In this document: positions 13,585-26,300 of the stretch, piece after piece
Layout: each line of letters starts with the position of its first letter
How positions within the stretch are numbered: the first letter of the stretch is position 1
Source: Amphiscolops sp. MND2022
Taxonomy: Eukaryota
DNA length: 64,000 bases
NCBI GenBank assembly: GCA_964187785.1
Contig: OZ076409.1
Location: forward strand, 91,080,001 to 91,144,000
Direction: 5' to 3'
Notes under the pieces: model-generated
Databases searched by the model: none
What the model was told of the DNA's origin: nothing
What the model saw: the letters and a program-made list of their open reading frames with translations, nothing else
Translations under genes and position numbers: made by a program

Positions 13585-15292
13585 ATGACTACAATATCCG
13601 ACGAAACAAGAAGACTCCTAGCCTCTCAAAAGGCTTATATGGGCAATGTTACTCAAACAGACAACAAGTTTGACAAATTGAAAATGAAGCCCATTGAAAA
13701 AACAACAGCGCACGATAGAGAACTAAGCAGAAACAACACATTGACCTCATTATAGGACAGCTAATGAAGAAATCCAAGAGAAACGAGAACCAAAAAGTAA
13801 TCCCATCTTCACTATCACACTTCCTTCCGTCGATGTGTATCGTTTTTTAAATTGAAAAAAACTAGCTCGAGTTTTTGCATTCATCCAAAGATTCACCAAT
13901 TTTCTGAAGAAAGCTTGTAGCAATTTCGGAACACCTTCAACGCCACTGAATAATCTAACGCCACTTTTCGAATGATTTTCTTCGAACAAAAGAAGTTTTT
14001 CCCTGAAGAAGACGCTTTGTTGAAAAATCAAGAAGAGCTTTCGAAAACATCAAACTTGCGTAATCTGCCACCTTTTTATTCTGCTGAGTTTGATGTTCTG
14101 AGAGTAGGAGGTAGAATGGGCAATTCTAACTTCAACGAGATAGAAAACTTTCCACTCCTAATCCCGAATGGTTCACCTCTTGTTCCTCTCATCGTTAGAC
14201 ATTTCACATTTCCACGAAAAAACTCTTCATGGTGGACCCTTTTGTCAATTACTGCTGTCAATAGAGAAATACCAAATTGTATCAAACGCTTTCGTTACTC
14301 TTTGAAACCACCGTTCGAGCAAATGACAGATCCACCAGCCGAACGAGTGACACAAGCAAGACTCTTCTCCCAATGCGGTCTCAAATTTCCCGGACCAAAA
14401 ATCACTAAATTACTTGATTCTGCATGTCAAAAAAGATACTTCCATTTGCTTATGTGCTCTATAACTAAAGCCATACATTTTGATTTAGTCTCGAATTTGA
14501 CAAAAGAAGCCTGTATCAATGCTTTGAAACGATTTTCGGAACGGTACTCCGGCCAAGGTTTTTAGTGACAATGGATCCAGAATCGTTGAAGCTAGAAATG
14601 ACTTGATCAAAGTTCAAGAAATCCTCTCAAGCAAGGAAGAGAATTCTTTGTTTGTATATGCCAATCAAAAAGGTTCTCAGTGGATAACCGTTCCCAGCAG
14701 GTCTCCGCCCTTCGGTGGTTTATGGACAGCGGTGGTGAAAAGCAAGAAGCGACACTTACGCCGGATTGTCGGTCAGCAGAAGTTAAACAATGAAGAATTA
14801 CTGACATTGCTAACACTGATTGAAGCCATTCTGAAATCGAGACCACTAACTCCCCTCTCGAATTACCCTAAAGACTTAGCACCGCTGACTCCTGCACAGT
14901 TTGTTTTTAATTGGTAGCTCCTTCAATTTTGTACCAACATCCTATCTTCAGTTACAGCTTAACCCTACGTTTCGTCGGATACAACAAATTCAGAAGGACT
15001 TCTGGGATGCTTGGAAACGAGATTATCCTGTCACTTTACAAGTACGGACAAAATGGTTCATTAATGGCCCAGAAATTATTCGTGATGATTTAGTTCGTGA
15101 TGACCTCAAACCGCTCCAATGGGAAACTGGTCGTGTAGTGGAACTTCCCTCCGGAAACGACAAAATAACAAGATTTGGTAAACTGAAAACTTCCACCAGA
15201 GAAAAGATTGTACCAGTTATACAACTGAGAAAACTTCCGATTGAACAGCATTGAACTCTTTCAAAATTTGATGTCGATTAAGGGGTGCGGTA
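13585..15292 (+). mobile_element. BEL/Pao LTR retrotransposon remnant (internally deleted; integrase region)
   Basis: LRVGGR, MTDPPAERV, KAIHFDLVSNL, PFGGLW...VKS, IEAILKSRPLTP, WKRDY...LQ.RTKW and RKLP match the Pao integrase and C-terminus. PPT-like AGGGGTGCGGTA (15281-15292) is followed by TGTTG, the likely 3' LTR start at 15293. Confidence 0.88.
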
Positions 15293-15689
15293 TGTTGAAA
15301 AATATTTCATTTTAATTTTATTTTTCATGATTTTTACTTTCATAGATACTGATGAAAAATTTTCATGATTGTTGAAAGACTTTCAGCGCGAATTAATTTA
15401 GTTTATTGGTTACCTTCAAATCATTAATATTAGTAACTTTGATTGAAAAGAAATTATTTTCGTCAAAATGTTTTTGCTATCTATCTGTAGCGCTAACGAA
15501 GAACAACTGCCAGTGCAGCAGAATACTACAATTGGAGCCGACGGAGAGCGTGGTTGACTAACTGACTCGAGCGGAACATATGAGCAAGCATTTGCATCTC
15601 TCTGGTGAGAAAGTGCTGCAAACATGTTAACTTCTATAGTTCTAAAGCGTTTGCCGAATGACTATTTTAAAACTGCACAATTTTTTGAA

Positions 15690-18600
15690 AGATGAAACAT
15701 GTTGCAATGAAAATGTTGCTTTGTTATCCAAAGGAACTGCTGCAAAAAATTGCTCGCGTGAACCTGAAAAAATTGATAGGGAAATGTAGGCGATGTGGTA
15801 AAAGTGGACATAAACAAGCCACTTGTAGAGTAACCCAGTGCAACGTTTTCAGGCGTTTTGGCCATGAAGAGGTTAAATGTTTCAAAAAAAACACTTTTCT
15901 GAACCCTAGCTAAAGTGCAGAGACACGAGAGTCAAACCTAGCAAAAGGATATTTTTTTGCGATTGTAGTGAGATTGCATTCCCTAGGCAAAAGTGCGAAG
16001 TGAAGAAGCACTCTTTGGTCATCGACTCAAGTGCTTCCCCGCGTATGTTTTTCGACCGTTTTCTGTTCTTCGACTTTAGCGAGTAAAAAATGCGAATGGG
16101 ACTTTTTCGCATTTTGAGGGTGTTGGAAATGTTTCTCTTTCATTTTTGGACAAAGATGGGATCGAACGTTGTGTGACATTTTTCGACTGGTTTTTTCATC
16201 CTGATCATTTTCATAACTTGATTAGCGTGAGAGAAAACGGGGCTCAAGCGAACTTTGGACTATCTCCGAGCACTTTTGTTAATGGAAAAGCAACTGTTCC
16301 TTTTGAAGAGCACACTAATCTTAACGTTTTGAAAAGAAAGACATTTGATTTTTGTTGTTCTTCCCGCGAGAACGACGAAGCGGTGCTATGGCATCACCGT
16401 CTTGGTCACAACCATTTCAAAAACGTGAAACGTTTGACTCTTAATAATCGGGAATGAGCTTGAAAAACAGTGCGTTAGATAGACGTTGTTGTTGTGAAGT
16501 TTGCGACGTTTCCAAATCACGACGGCAACCAGTATCGCAAAATGTGGAGAGAAGAAAAGCTTCGAAACTTGATCTCGTTTTCACTGACATTTTGAGAACG
16601 ATTCAAACTACTTCGCTTGGTGGCAAAAAGAACGCTATTTCTTTTACGGATAGCTACTGCGGGTACTCAGCGGTATATTTCCGTAGAAAAAAATTGTCCT
16701 CAAATCGAAGGAGGAGTAGCCTAGATAAGATAGATAAGTCTTTTGCGCAAGTGGAAACGCCCAGAGCAATCTGCTTTGATAAATAGAAATTACACTTCAA
16801 AGTTTTTTCGAAGTTTTTGTACACCAAACGAAGTGAATAAACTGTGAGTATACTGCCCTTTTCGCCCCATCAACATGACGTGGACGAACGTCGCTGGCGA
16901 AAAACAGTTGAAATTGCTCGTTGCACGCTAAGAACAAACAAACTCGGCAATAACTTCCGGGTTCGGGCCTTGCACACAGATTTTTACAATTGAAACCGTT
17001 GCCTCACAGTTAGTTTACCGAAAGGTGAAACACCTTTCAAAATTTTCTTTGGTGAAAAACCAGATTTTTCCTATTAGAAAGTTTTTGGGTGTTCTGCTTT
17101 CAAACACATTGACACGCATCAAAACAAACTTTCCAAGGATGCCATCAAAGAAGATTTTGTTGGTTTTTCTGAGAATTCCGAAGCATACATTTTGTACAAT
17201 CTTTACTCTAAAAAACTTCGTTTGCTCGCCGCAACGTCTTTTTGATGAGACTTCTTCTCAGTCTTCTGCAGCGCACCCAACTCAAAACTTCCGAGCCTCT
17301 GTAACCGAAAAGCCGGCGCCGAAACAAACTTTGCCTGGAACACTGAAACATTTCGCGAAAAGTGTTCAGTTCCTGTTTTACCGACTGAAATTTTGAATGA
17401 TTTCGAAACCTAAACAACCCCTTCGCCGTTGATGTTGTCTCATCTGAAAACATTAATGCCATTTTAAAGTAGTGTTTTTTGGCGATCGCGAAGTCGGAGA
17501 GTTATCAAACCTCCTGAGTTTCGCGACGACTACGTTCTTTTAACGGATGACAGCGATGAGAATCTCACTTATCGTGAAGCAAAGAAGTCATCGCTTCGGA
17601 TCGAATGAAGTACAATGCACTCATTGAGAACCAGGTCTGGGTGCTTTGTCCGCTTCCCCGGGCTGAAAAGCAATTGGAAGCAGGCGTGTTTTCAAAAATA
17701 AGGTACACGACGACGAAACTATTGAGGATTTCGTAGCTCGTTTCGAAGCCCAAGGGATTTCGCAAGATTTTGAGATCGATTACCATGAATCTTTTGCGCC
17801 TACTGACAAAGTTTGTACATTGAGGATTTGTTTAGACCTGATTCTTGGTCGATTTTTGTTTTCCAGTTAGACGTCCGTTCAGTCTTCCTCAATGCGAACC
17901 TAAGTGATGAAATTCACATAAAACAACCAGAAGCTTTCGCGCAAGCGGGGGCTAATGGTGAAACCTTCCTTGCAAGCTTCAATAATGCCCTATAGTTTAA
18001 AGCAAGTAGGGAGGGAAGGGAATAAAACACAAAACCTTAACCCAGTGGTTTTTGAAGAACGAATTTGTTCAGTCTGCCGAGGATCATTGTCTTTTCAGTT
18101 GCGATGTGACCAACGATTCCCAACTTTTTGTACGAGTCCGGGTCGACAACTTTTTGTACTTTTCGAACAACTACAAAATGGTGCATGATTCCAAGGCGAA
18201 ACCCAGCGATGCATTCAACATCAGTGATTGTGGGAAATTGACGAGTACTTGGGATGCAATGTTAAACAGTCACGCGTTGAACGGTCGTTTATGAAACACA
18301 TTTTGCGCAAAAACCCTATGTCTGATTGTGAACAAGTCAGTACGCCTGCTATACACTATACGAAACAGTCTAAATCGGACTGCCTCATCGAAGGTAGTGG
18401 AAATTCACTTGAGTTTTACGAACAGAAACAATATCGTAGCTTAGTTGGCAACAATGTATATGTCCGTTGTTAGTCCCCCAATATTTGCTTTGCTGTTTAT
18501 AATTTAGCGCAATTCATGTCAAATACCTGTAAAGCCCATTGGTGTGCATTGAAACCCGTTTTCTGTTTTCTCAAGGGCACGGAGTCTCTATCTCTTGTGT

Positions 18601-18770
18601 ATAACCGCTCTGAAAACCTCGAAATTTCTAGTTTTTTGGATTCCGATTGGGCCACCGACAAGAATAATGATCGCCAGTCATCTTCAGGTTTTTGCTTCAA
18701 GCTAAGTCGTTTTGGTAGAGTAGTTTCTTGGGCGTCCAAAAGGCAAGGTTGTGTGATACTTAGCTCTTTT
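15690..18770 (+). mobile_element. Ty1/Copia LTR retrotransposon remnant
   Basis: Domain order knuckle (CRRCGKSGHKQATC), protease (VIDSSAS), GAG-pre-integrase (LWHHRLGH, CEVC), integrase (LDLVFTD), RT (QLDVRSVFLNA, VDNFL), RNase H (DSDWA...SSSGF...VSWASKRQ). Heavily frameshifted. Confidence 0.9.
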
Positions 18771-18774
18771 CAAA

Positions 18775-21700
18775 CCAGGGTTGTTTTTAGGGAGATTACC
18801 ACACACCCAAATGTGGTATACCTGCAATTAGCAAGGTTTCGAGGTTGAGTTTTAATATGGAAAACAACGAACTCTGTAACGCTCTGAAGTGTCTGAAGTC
18901 TTCAAGGTTGATAGACAGGGTCAATTGTAGGCTTTGCAATGGATGGGTTCACATAAAATGCGCCAAATATTAAGTACGGAGGACCGAAGTTTTGCCGAAT
19001 TTAAATGTTGTAGGTGCTCTTCATTGATCCCTATCCTTCAGTATCACGATGATATCTTTAGACCAGACACCCTTTTCTATTTAGGCGTTGTTCACTTGAA
19101 AAGAATTCCTTAAATTACACGGGTTCCCAATGCTGAAAACTTGATACTCAAAATTATTGATAGTTTTGGAACCCCATCACATATTGCCTTGTGGTGCTTT
19201 TTGCTCTCCTCTCTACGCTGTTTTTTGGAAAAACCATTTCGAGGAGGTAACCGTCAGAGGTCATCGCTTAGTGCAATTATCAGCAAGCAATTTCAGGATG
19301 GTGTCATTGCGAAAAAACCAAAACGCGACAGAAAACCGTAACAGAAAACAGTTAGATTGACGACTGCGTTCCACTTGCACTAATTTAGACGAAGGTACTG
19401 TTAAGGCAGGAATCAGAAAAGCAGTAGGCGACAACAAGATTGCAGATTTCACGGTCGACAATTACGCAGCCATCAAGCTAAAACATCTGCAGAAGAAAAC
19501 TTGCTCCGTTCCAGACACCACAGGTATCGTTTGTTTTTCAACCTCGACGTCTTTGTCCACAAGAATCTCATGTCTTCCTGCAACGGCTCTAGTGCAGGTT
19601 TGAATGGCATTTCGCAACAATATTTGAAAGATTTGACTGCCAAGTCTAACGGGCAACTTGGAAAAAAACTTTCTCAGAGCCATAGCAAATCATTTCATTG
19701 TGATTTTCGAAAGAGAATTAGCTTGCGGTGATTCAAAAATCTAATCTTGTGAAGGGACCACCGTTCAAGGAGATCCTGAGTCTCAGCTTCTTTTCGGAAT
19801 TCATTCGGCATCTTATTGACAGTTTGGAGTCAAAAATATGCTTATGGTACCATGACGATGGAAATTTAGGTGATGATTACAGAACCGTTGTGAAACATCT
19901 CAAACAAAATGTTGAAGCAGAAAAAAGCACTGATGCTCAAATTCAAACCCACGAAATGTTTTTCCTTGGTGACATCTCTGAAAAACGATGATCGACAATT
20001 TCAGGATCTTTCCAAAAACTTTGCCCCGGCATCAAAACACCAAAAAAGTATGAACTTATAACTTTTGTTCACCGCTCGGCTTGAAATCGCAGGCAGACTC
20101 ATTGGTAAAAAAACTTTTGAATCGAAAAAAAACTAATGGAAATGTTGAAAAACTAGATGCGCAAAAAGTCTATTTTCTTAATGTTGAAACCCTGCTTCAG
20201 TCTGCCAAAGTTGTTGTACTTCTTAATCAGCCAGCTCTCTTGGAAATATATGACAAGACCGTAGGCGACGGGCTTTCCAAACTGTGTATCGTGAACTTCG
20301 ACAATTTTTTGAGTACTCAACTGGCTCTGGTCGCTAAAATGGGTGGTATTGGTGTTTCATCCGAATCATTAGTAGCACATCTCGTCTTTTTGGCCTCAGG
20401 ATTAACGACGAAAGACTTTCTCACGACGTTTTTCTCGGAAACATTTGAAGTTGTTTAGTTTACAAAAGCGCTTGAGAAATGGTTTGACGAATGAGCAGGA
20501 AACTTCTCCTGATGGAACCCAGAGAATTGGACACAAGCTGTCTACGGCAAAACCGCCCACGATTTGATTTCTAGAAAGAATGACAAATGCTAGAGAGTTT
20601 CACCGCTCATCATGGCCAAGTCGGGTCTCAATGGCTGCACGCGGTTCCTTGCAAGAACCTAGGCTTGAAACTTGAAGATCTGAAGCTTCGGATTTCAATT
20701 GGCTTGAGTCTTGGAGCCAACATCTGTGTTGCGCATACGTGCCACTGTGGTAAAAGAGTTGAACGGGACAGTTTACACGGTCTTTCTCGCCCCAAGAGTG
20801 CTTGTCGCTTCTCACGTCATGCTACGCTCCATTCTTTCACACAGCAGACGCTGGGATCTCTCGACTTATTTTCATTGCTCGAACCCGTGGACTGTACCCA
20901 ACTGATGGCAAATGCCCAGAAGTTGTTACCATGATTCTTTAGGAAATGGGTAAAGAGGTGGTGTGGGTGTCACGGTTGTGGAGGCTCTTGCGCCCAGTTG
21001 CCTGAATCAAGGCTCCACATGCAACCTGTGAACCACCACCACCGAGGCTCAAGCAGACAAAATTGAGAGGTCTCCCGAATTTATAAACAATGGATACAGT
21101 TTCCAACCGTTGTATATGGTAGAACAGGGTTCTTTAGTCGAGAGCAGTGGAACTTTCACCACACGTCCCTTAAAATGCTCTGTCGTTCAAACGAGGATCA
21201 ACGAGCTCGGAGTTTTTCGAAGCAACTGCTTTCAATGGTTTTTCAGATTGGAAATGTGGCCTGTGTTCTAGGAACTGTGAGATGCGTTCGAAGATGTTTC
21301 TTAGATATAGTTCATTTCCATAAACCTGTATATCAAAGGACCTTTTTTAAAAATATGTTTCTACGGGTCGACGTGAATGGCTGGTATGAGTAGTTCGCTG
21401 GTTGTTTTTTAGTCGGCGCCTTTTCCCTCAAGGGAACAAGCCCGTCTACTACAGTGGGTAGTTTTTTCAGCTGACAATCTCTATTTGAATGGTCCACTTT
21501 TATTACAATTCTTACGACCTTACACTTTCTTACAATTCTTACATAGCTTAACAAGTGGTATTTTTACATCATCTAAGAAACTCAACAGGCCAAAGGGTAC
21601 ACCCTTAGCGTATTTTCGGCTCAATGAGACTTGTTTTCGAATACCAATATTTGACCGAAGGTTCGCCCCTTCATTTTTAGATATTTTCCGACAAAATGGG

Positions 21701-22000
21701 TTTTGAAAAATCCCGAAGGGTCCACTGTTTCAGTTTTTTGGCATTGTGAGACATTTTGTCAAATTTTGTTTCGTAAAAGGGCCCTCATTTCACCAATACT
21801 TCGACATTTTGAAGTCCTTTTGCTATTTTCATGCCTTAGGTATGGCACCTTCTTGTGCCGTTCCCGGTTTGTTTGATACTGATCAACTGGGATAGTGACT
21901 GGTATGGGGTTCACTACTTTCGTTGCAGACCACAGAAGTGTGTCTTCTCCCCCAACATGATGATACACATGGCACTTGCTCGATGACAAAGACATATCCT
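18775..22000 (+). mobile_element. CRE-clade (RLE-type) non-LTR retrotransposon, near full length, decayed
   Basis: GSSAGLNGISQQYLKDL, WYHDDG (RT), LALVAKMGGIG, SQWLHAVP, CHCG...HGLS...RH (knuckle), then RLE region. The 3' tail is shared with 31232-32030. Confidence 0.82.
21405..21873 (+). mobile_element. Helentron-like (DINE/HINE-type) non-autonomous element
   Basis: Starts TTTTTTAGTCGGCGC plus inverted repeat and ends hairpin-TTGTT. Inserted in a T-run without TSD; the paralogous empty site is at 31335-31350. Confidence 0.75.
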
Positions 22001-22300
22001 ATCAGATTGTGGATTTTTTATTGAAAGTTTTCAGAAGCTACTCAACCGGGCCTATTCATACATGAAAAAATGAAAATTCTGTCCCATACAGAAGAATTCA
22101 AATTACCACCTTTTAGTTCTGTTACAGCTAATATGTATGGAACTTGACTTCTTTTAAGATGTTAGCATATTCAATTGCTCTTCATTATTCCGAACGTTTA
22201 CCGCTCCATTATTCCGAAAGAAATTTCACCGTTCCATTATGCCGAAAATAATTTTACCGCTCCATTTTCGCAAAAACTAGTCTTTGAAAAGGTTAGAAAG

Positions 22301-22450
22301 TTTGTTGTATGGCTCGGTCGTTTCATTCCTTTCGCCAAATAGCAACATTGAGACATGGCCATATGGCACGTCGAACTGCTTCATTCCGCTATTGCATTTA
22401 GGGGACTAGGAGTTTGTGAACACAGTGGACTACATTATAATAATGATTCC
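22301..22450. mobile_element. Internal fragment of MITE C
   Basis: TTTGTTGTATGGCTCGGTCG...CATGGCCATATGGCACGTCG matches 30987-31130. Confidence 0.7.
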
Positions 22451-23399
22451 GATAAAATTAGAGACACGTTTTCCGCTTAGTGAACTCAATTCTAAAGCAC
22501 ACACTAATTTGGTTGCTACTTCTAGTTCTACCCAAATATCCTCCGTATCTTGTACAACGCGCGCATAAACTATTTCCAATCGACTCTGGAAAAACATAGA
22601 GGCACCGACCGAGTTGACTTCATGAATTTCTAAATGCCAGTTTTCAAGTGTGACGTAAACCTTTTTTTTTAATTTTAGGATACACAGCTTTGTTTCATAT
22701 TATTGTGGCGAAATATCCATTTTAAGAGCGAATCGTTGTTGTTTGTCAGTGGTAATGAAACCCGCCAATAAAATACTCTTCAGCCCACGAAATTCGACTA
22801 CTTCCTTCTCCTCTACTATTGTAACCAATTTTGACAATTCACATTCCTTTGTTTTTTCGTAAAATCACAAACTCATGTTCAAAATCCTCCACAATGTCAA
22901 TCCTTGAATGTTCATAACCGAATTACCGAAGGGGTCTTTCCAAATGAAAAGAAACTCGTCCATACGCATTCTTTTACTAGCGTAAACTTTGCCTATTGCT
23001 AGACGTGCGTTGATAATAAGAGAACCAACGATTGTTTCTCCAAGAGGTGTGGTCCACTCCACAGGATGTGCATAGTCAATTCCACGCCATCTTTTTTTAT
23101 ATAAACATCGCTGAGTAGTCAAACGTTTTCGTGGTTTCTGTCCTGTCACTTCTCACCTTGTTTAATTCAGCAGTGCTGAGTTTGAATTCTTGGTTACCTA
23201 AACCCGGTAACTTGAAAACCTCTGCAGTCCGTACAGACTGACATGTTTCTACCGACAAGAGGTAAAACGTAGGTAGAATTTTGTTTTCTTGATGTAAGAA
23301 TAATCCGTCATCGTAAAAATTGGATTCCTTTATTTGTTGTATTGTTTATGCCGCCTGATAGTGACAAAACCTCAACTCTAATTCCGTATTGCTTCCGTG

Positions 23400-26300
23400 A
23401 AAAAGAATAGTAGCCTTCGGTACGTTCTTTATTGCTCTCGATTCTCAAAAACATCCTGCTTGTTGTTCAGAAAGCGAAAACCCTGATGTTGTCACAATCT
23501 GCTCGAAGTCATATCCCACTGCTCTTATTTCTTCGCTCATGGTGACACTCCAACAGACTGCCATGAAATTGCAGAACACTAGTACATGCTTACTCTCGTT
23601 GTTTGGTTGTTTCTCTCTCTTCCCATTGTGCTTCACTTGTTTCCTGAAATAAAAACGTCATCTGTATTGAATTTGTCGTCATCGGCGTTATACACAAAGA
23701 AATTAGCAGAAGGTTTCGGTACGGATCGGATACGCGTGCTTTTTCTCTTTGTGGTGGAATGTTTTTCATTAGTTTTGTTTTGCTTTTTTGGTTTAATTGT
23801 TTCGGTCGAGAAATTATCTCTTTAACTGCTACTTCGTCCTTCTTTGAAGACTCGCTACACGGTCGCTCGTTAGGACCTTTTTCAACCGTTATGTTATCGT
23901 GTGGTTCAGCTGTCTCATGGTTTTCATTCTTGAATTTTTCTTTCTGTTCGTCCCTTTCCGTTGGTTTGTTTGCTCGACTTCAATTTTAATGAAGTCATCG
24001 TCAACTTCTTCGGCGAATGGTTTTTCCTCCAACTCTCTTTGTATCCTAGTTTCGTTAATTCTGACAGATGTTTGCTCTCTACATTTATGTTGTTTCAATC
24101 TATCGTAATGCACATTGATAGTTTTCTTGGTCTCATCATGACAAACCCGAAAATTCAGTTCGGTAATAGTTTCAACAATTGTGTAAGGTCCTTTCAAGGA
24201 AAAAGTGAACATTATTGTTTCTCCGTTTTTTACTGTTGGGATGAAAAATAAGAACTTGCTGTCCTTCTCGGAACGTGGGCCCATATGCGCGGTAGTCGTA
24301 GTAGGTTTTCTGTCTAGTTTGTACTACTTCCATATGAATCCTGATCCAATGATGTGCTCTCTGTGTCCCATGCCTTATTTTGAATATGAAATCACTAGGT
24401 GTTGGGATGAGTCTGTATGACTCGTCTCGTACATACAATCAACTGGCAGTTTTAATGTGTCCCGTTTATGAAGTATGCAGGACTATACTTTATTACTGCG
24501 AGTACCGAAGAACGGTAGGCCATCATTACCTACTGCAGGCAGTTTTTCCAGTCATGATGTTCACTCACATACTTAGAAATGCCTTCCACCAATGTCCTGT
24601 TGGTTCGCTCAATCATTGCTTTTCCTTCCGGATGAAACGATGTTGTAGACGAATTTTGTATACCCAAAAACCACAAAGTTCCTGAAATAACTCTGACATG
24701 AAGTTCTTTCTTTTATCACAATGATGATTGACAGGGCACCCGAAACGTGTGATCCATTTTTCAACTAGAGCTTCGGCAACTGTTTTAGTTTCTTGATTCG
24801 GCATTTCCACGGCCTCATACCACTTACTGAAATGATCGCCAATTAGGAGAATGTATCTACAACCTTGAGAGTCAGGGACAGGTCCCATGACGTTCATTGA
24901 TACTTGCCTGAAAGGGTGATGACTGGCTTGCCAGGAAGTGAGACTGTGGCGATGTTTTGCGGTGTTCCTTTTCTTTTAAGACACTCACTACAACTGTTAA
25001 CCCATTCTCTCACGTCCCTGTTCATGCCTGGCCAAAAAATTGTTCTTGTGCTCTGTGATAGGTTTTATCAATTCCCAGGAGGCCCGTACACGGATAAACG
25101 TGCAGGAATGGAAATTGTGTGGAATCGGTGACTCAGAAACAGCTTGTTGCAGCACAACAGTGTCCGACGTTTCAGTTTTTTTCCAGTAAATATTTCCATC
25201 CATGACAGCAAGATTCTTGAAATCGACCCAATACTTCCATATTTCGTTAGACGCCCCGGAAATGCTCCGTCTCTCAGAGTTCTGATTATCTTTGAGCCAT
25301 GAGAACACTTTTGTTGCATTTTTTTCCTGTTGCTGCTTTCTCTGAATATTTCTGCTGTCCGTGTTCTGAAGAAACATCCAAGGGTTCTTTGGTTGTTCGT
25401 GATTTGTTCGTGAATGTTTTCTTCAAATGTTAATGCAGTGAAAAGAGCTGTTGTGTCCTCTTCTTCAGGTTGAACTCTTTATGAACAGTCTGCATGTTTA
25501 TGTCTTATCCTGCGTTGTGTTTTATTTCGAAGTCAAGCTGTCCCAATTTCTCCAACCACCTTGCAATCATGCCTTCAGGGTCCGTAAAACTGTACAACCA
25601 AACCAAAGCCCGATGGTCGGTTACATTATCAAATTTCCGCCCCAACAGATACGTTCGGAAATGATTTGTGAAATACACAATCGTGAAAAGTTCCTTTTTT
25701 GTTGCTGAGTACTTTCTTAAGCTTTTATTGAGTGTTTTGCTGGCATATGCAATTACTCTATCCACACCGTTTGGTCTCTCTTTCAAAATGGCACCAATTC
25801 CTGTCAAAGAGGCGTCTGTAGTTAACGTAAAATCATCTCGGTTGTTGGAATAACCAAGTAAAAGCGGGGTAAACAGTTTGTTTTTCAATTAATTCAATGC
25901 ACTTTCATTCGTTGGTCCTGACACTTTCTTTCTTTTCTCAAAAGGTTATATAGGGGTTCTGAAAACTTTCCGAAAGCCGGAATAAACTTCCTATAAAACC
26001 GTTCTAATGGGTGCTTTCATTTTCTCTACTGCTTTCACTTTCTCTTGGTCCACTTCCACTCCTCTCGCCGAAATGACATGGCCCTAAAAAAAAACAATCT
26101 TTTTTGAAACAAATTGCATTTTGATGCTTTGATTTTCAATCCACTTTTCTCCAGTCTTCCGAAAACAAGCTGCAGTCTTTTTAGGTGCCACCAAAGGTTT
26201 TACTAAACACGGTGAATTCATTTAGGTAAACAAGCGCTACTTTGTACGATAAACCACCGAAAATCACTCCATCAAGTTCTGAAAAGACCCTGGCGCAGAA

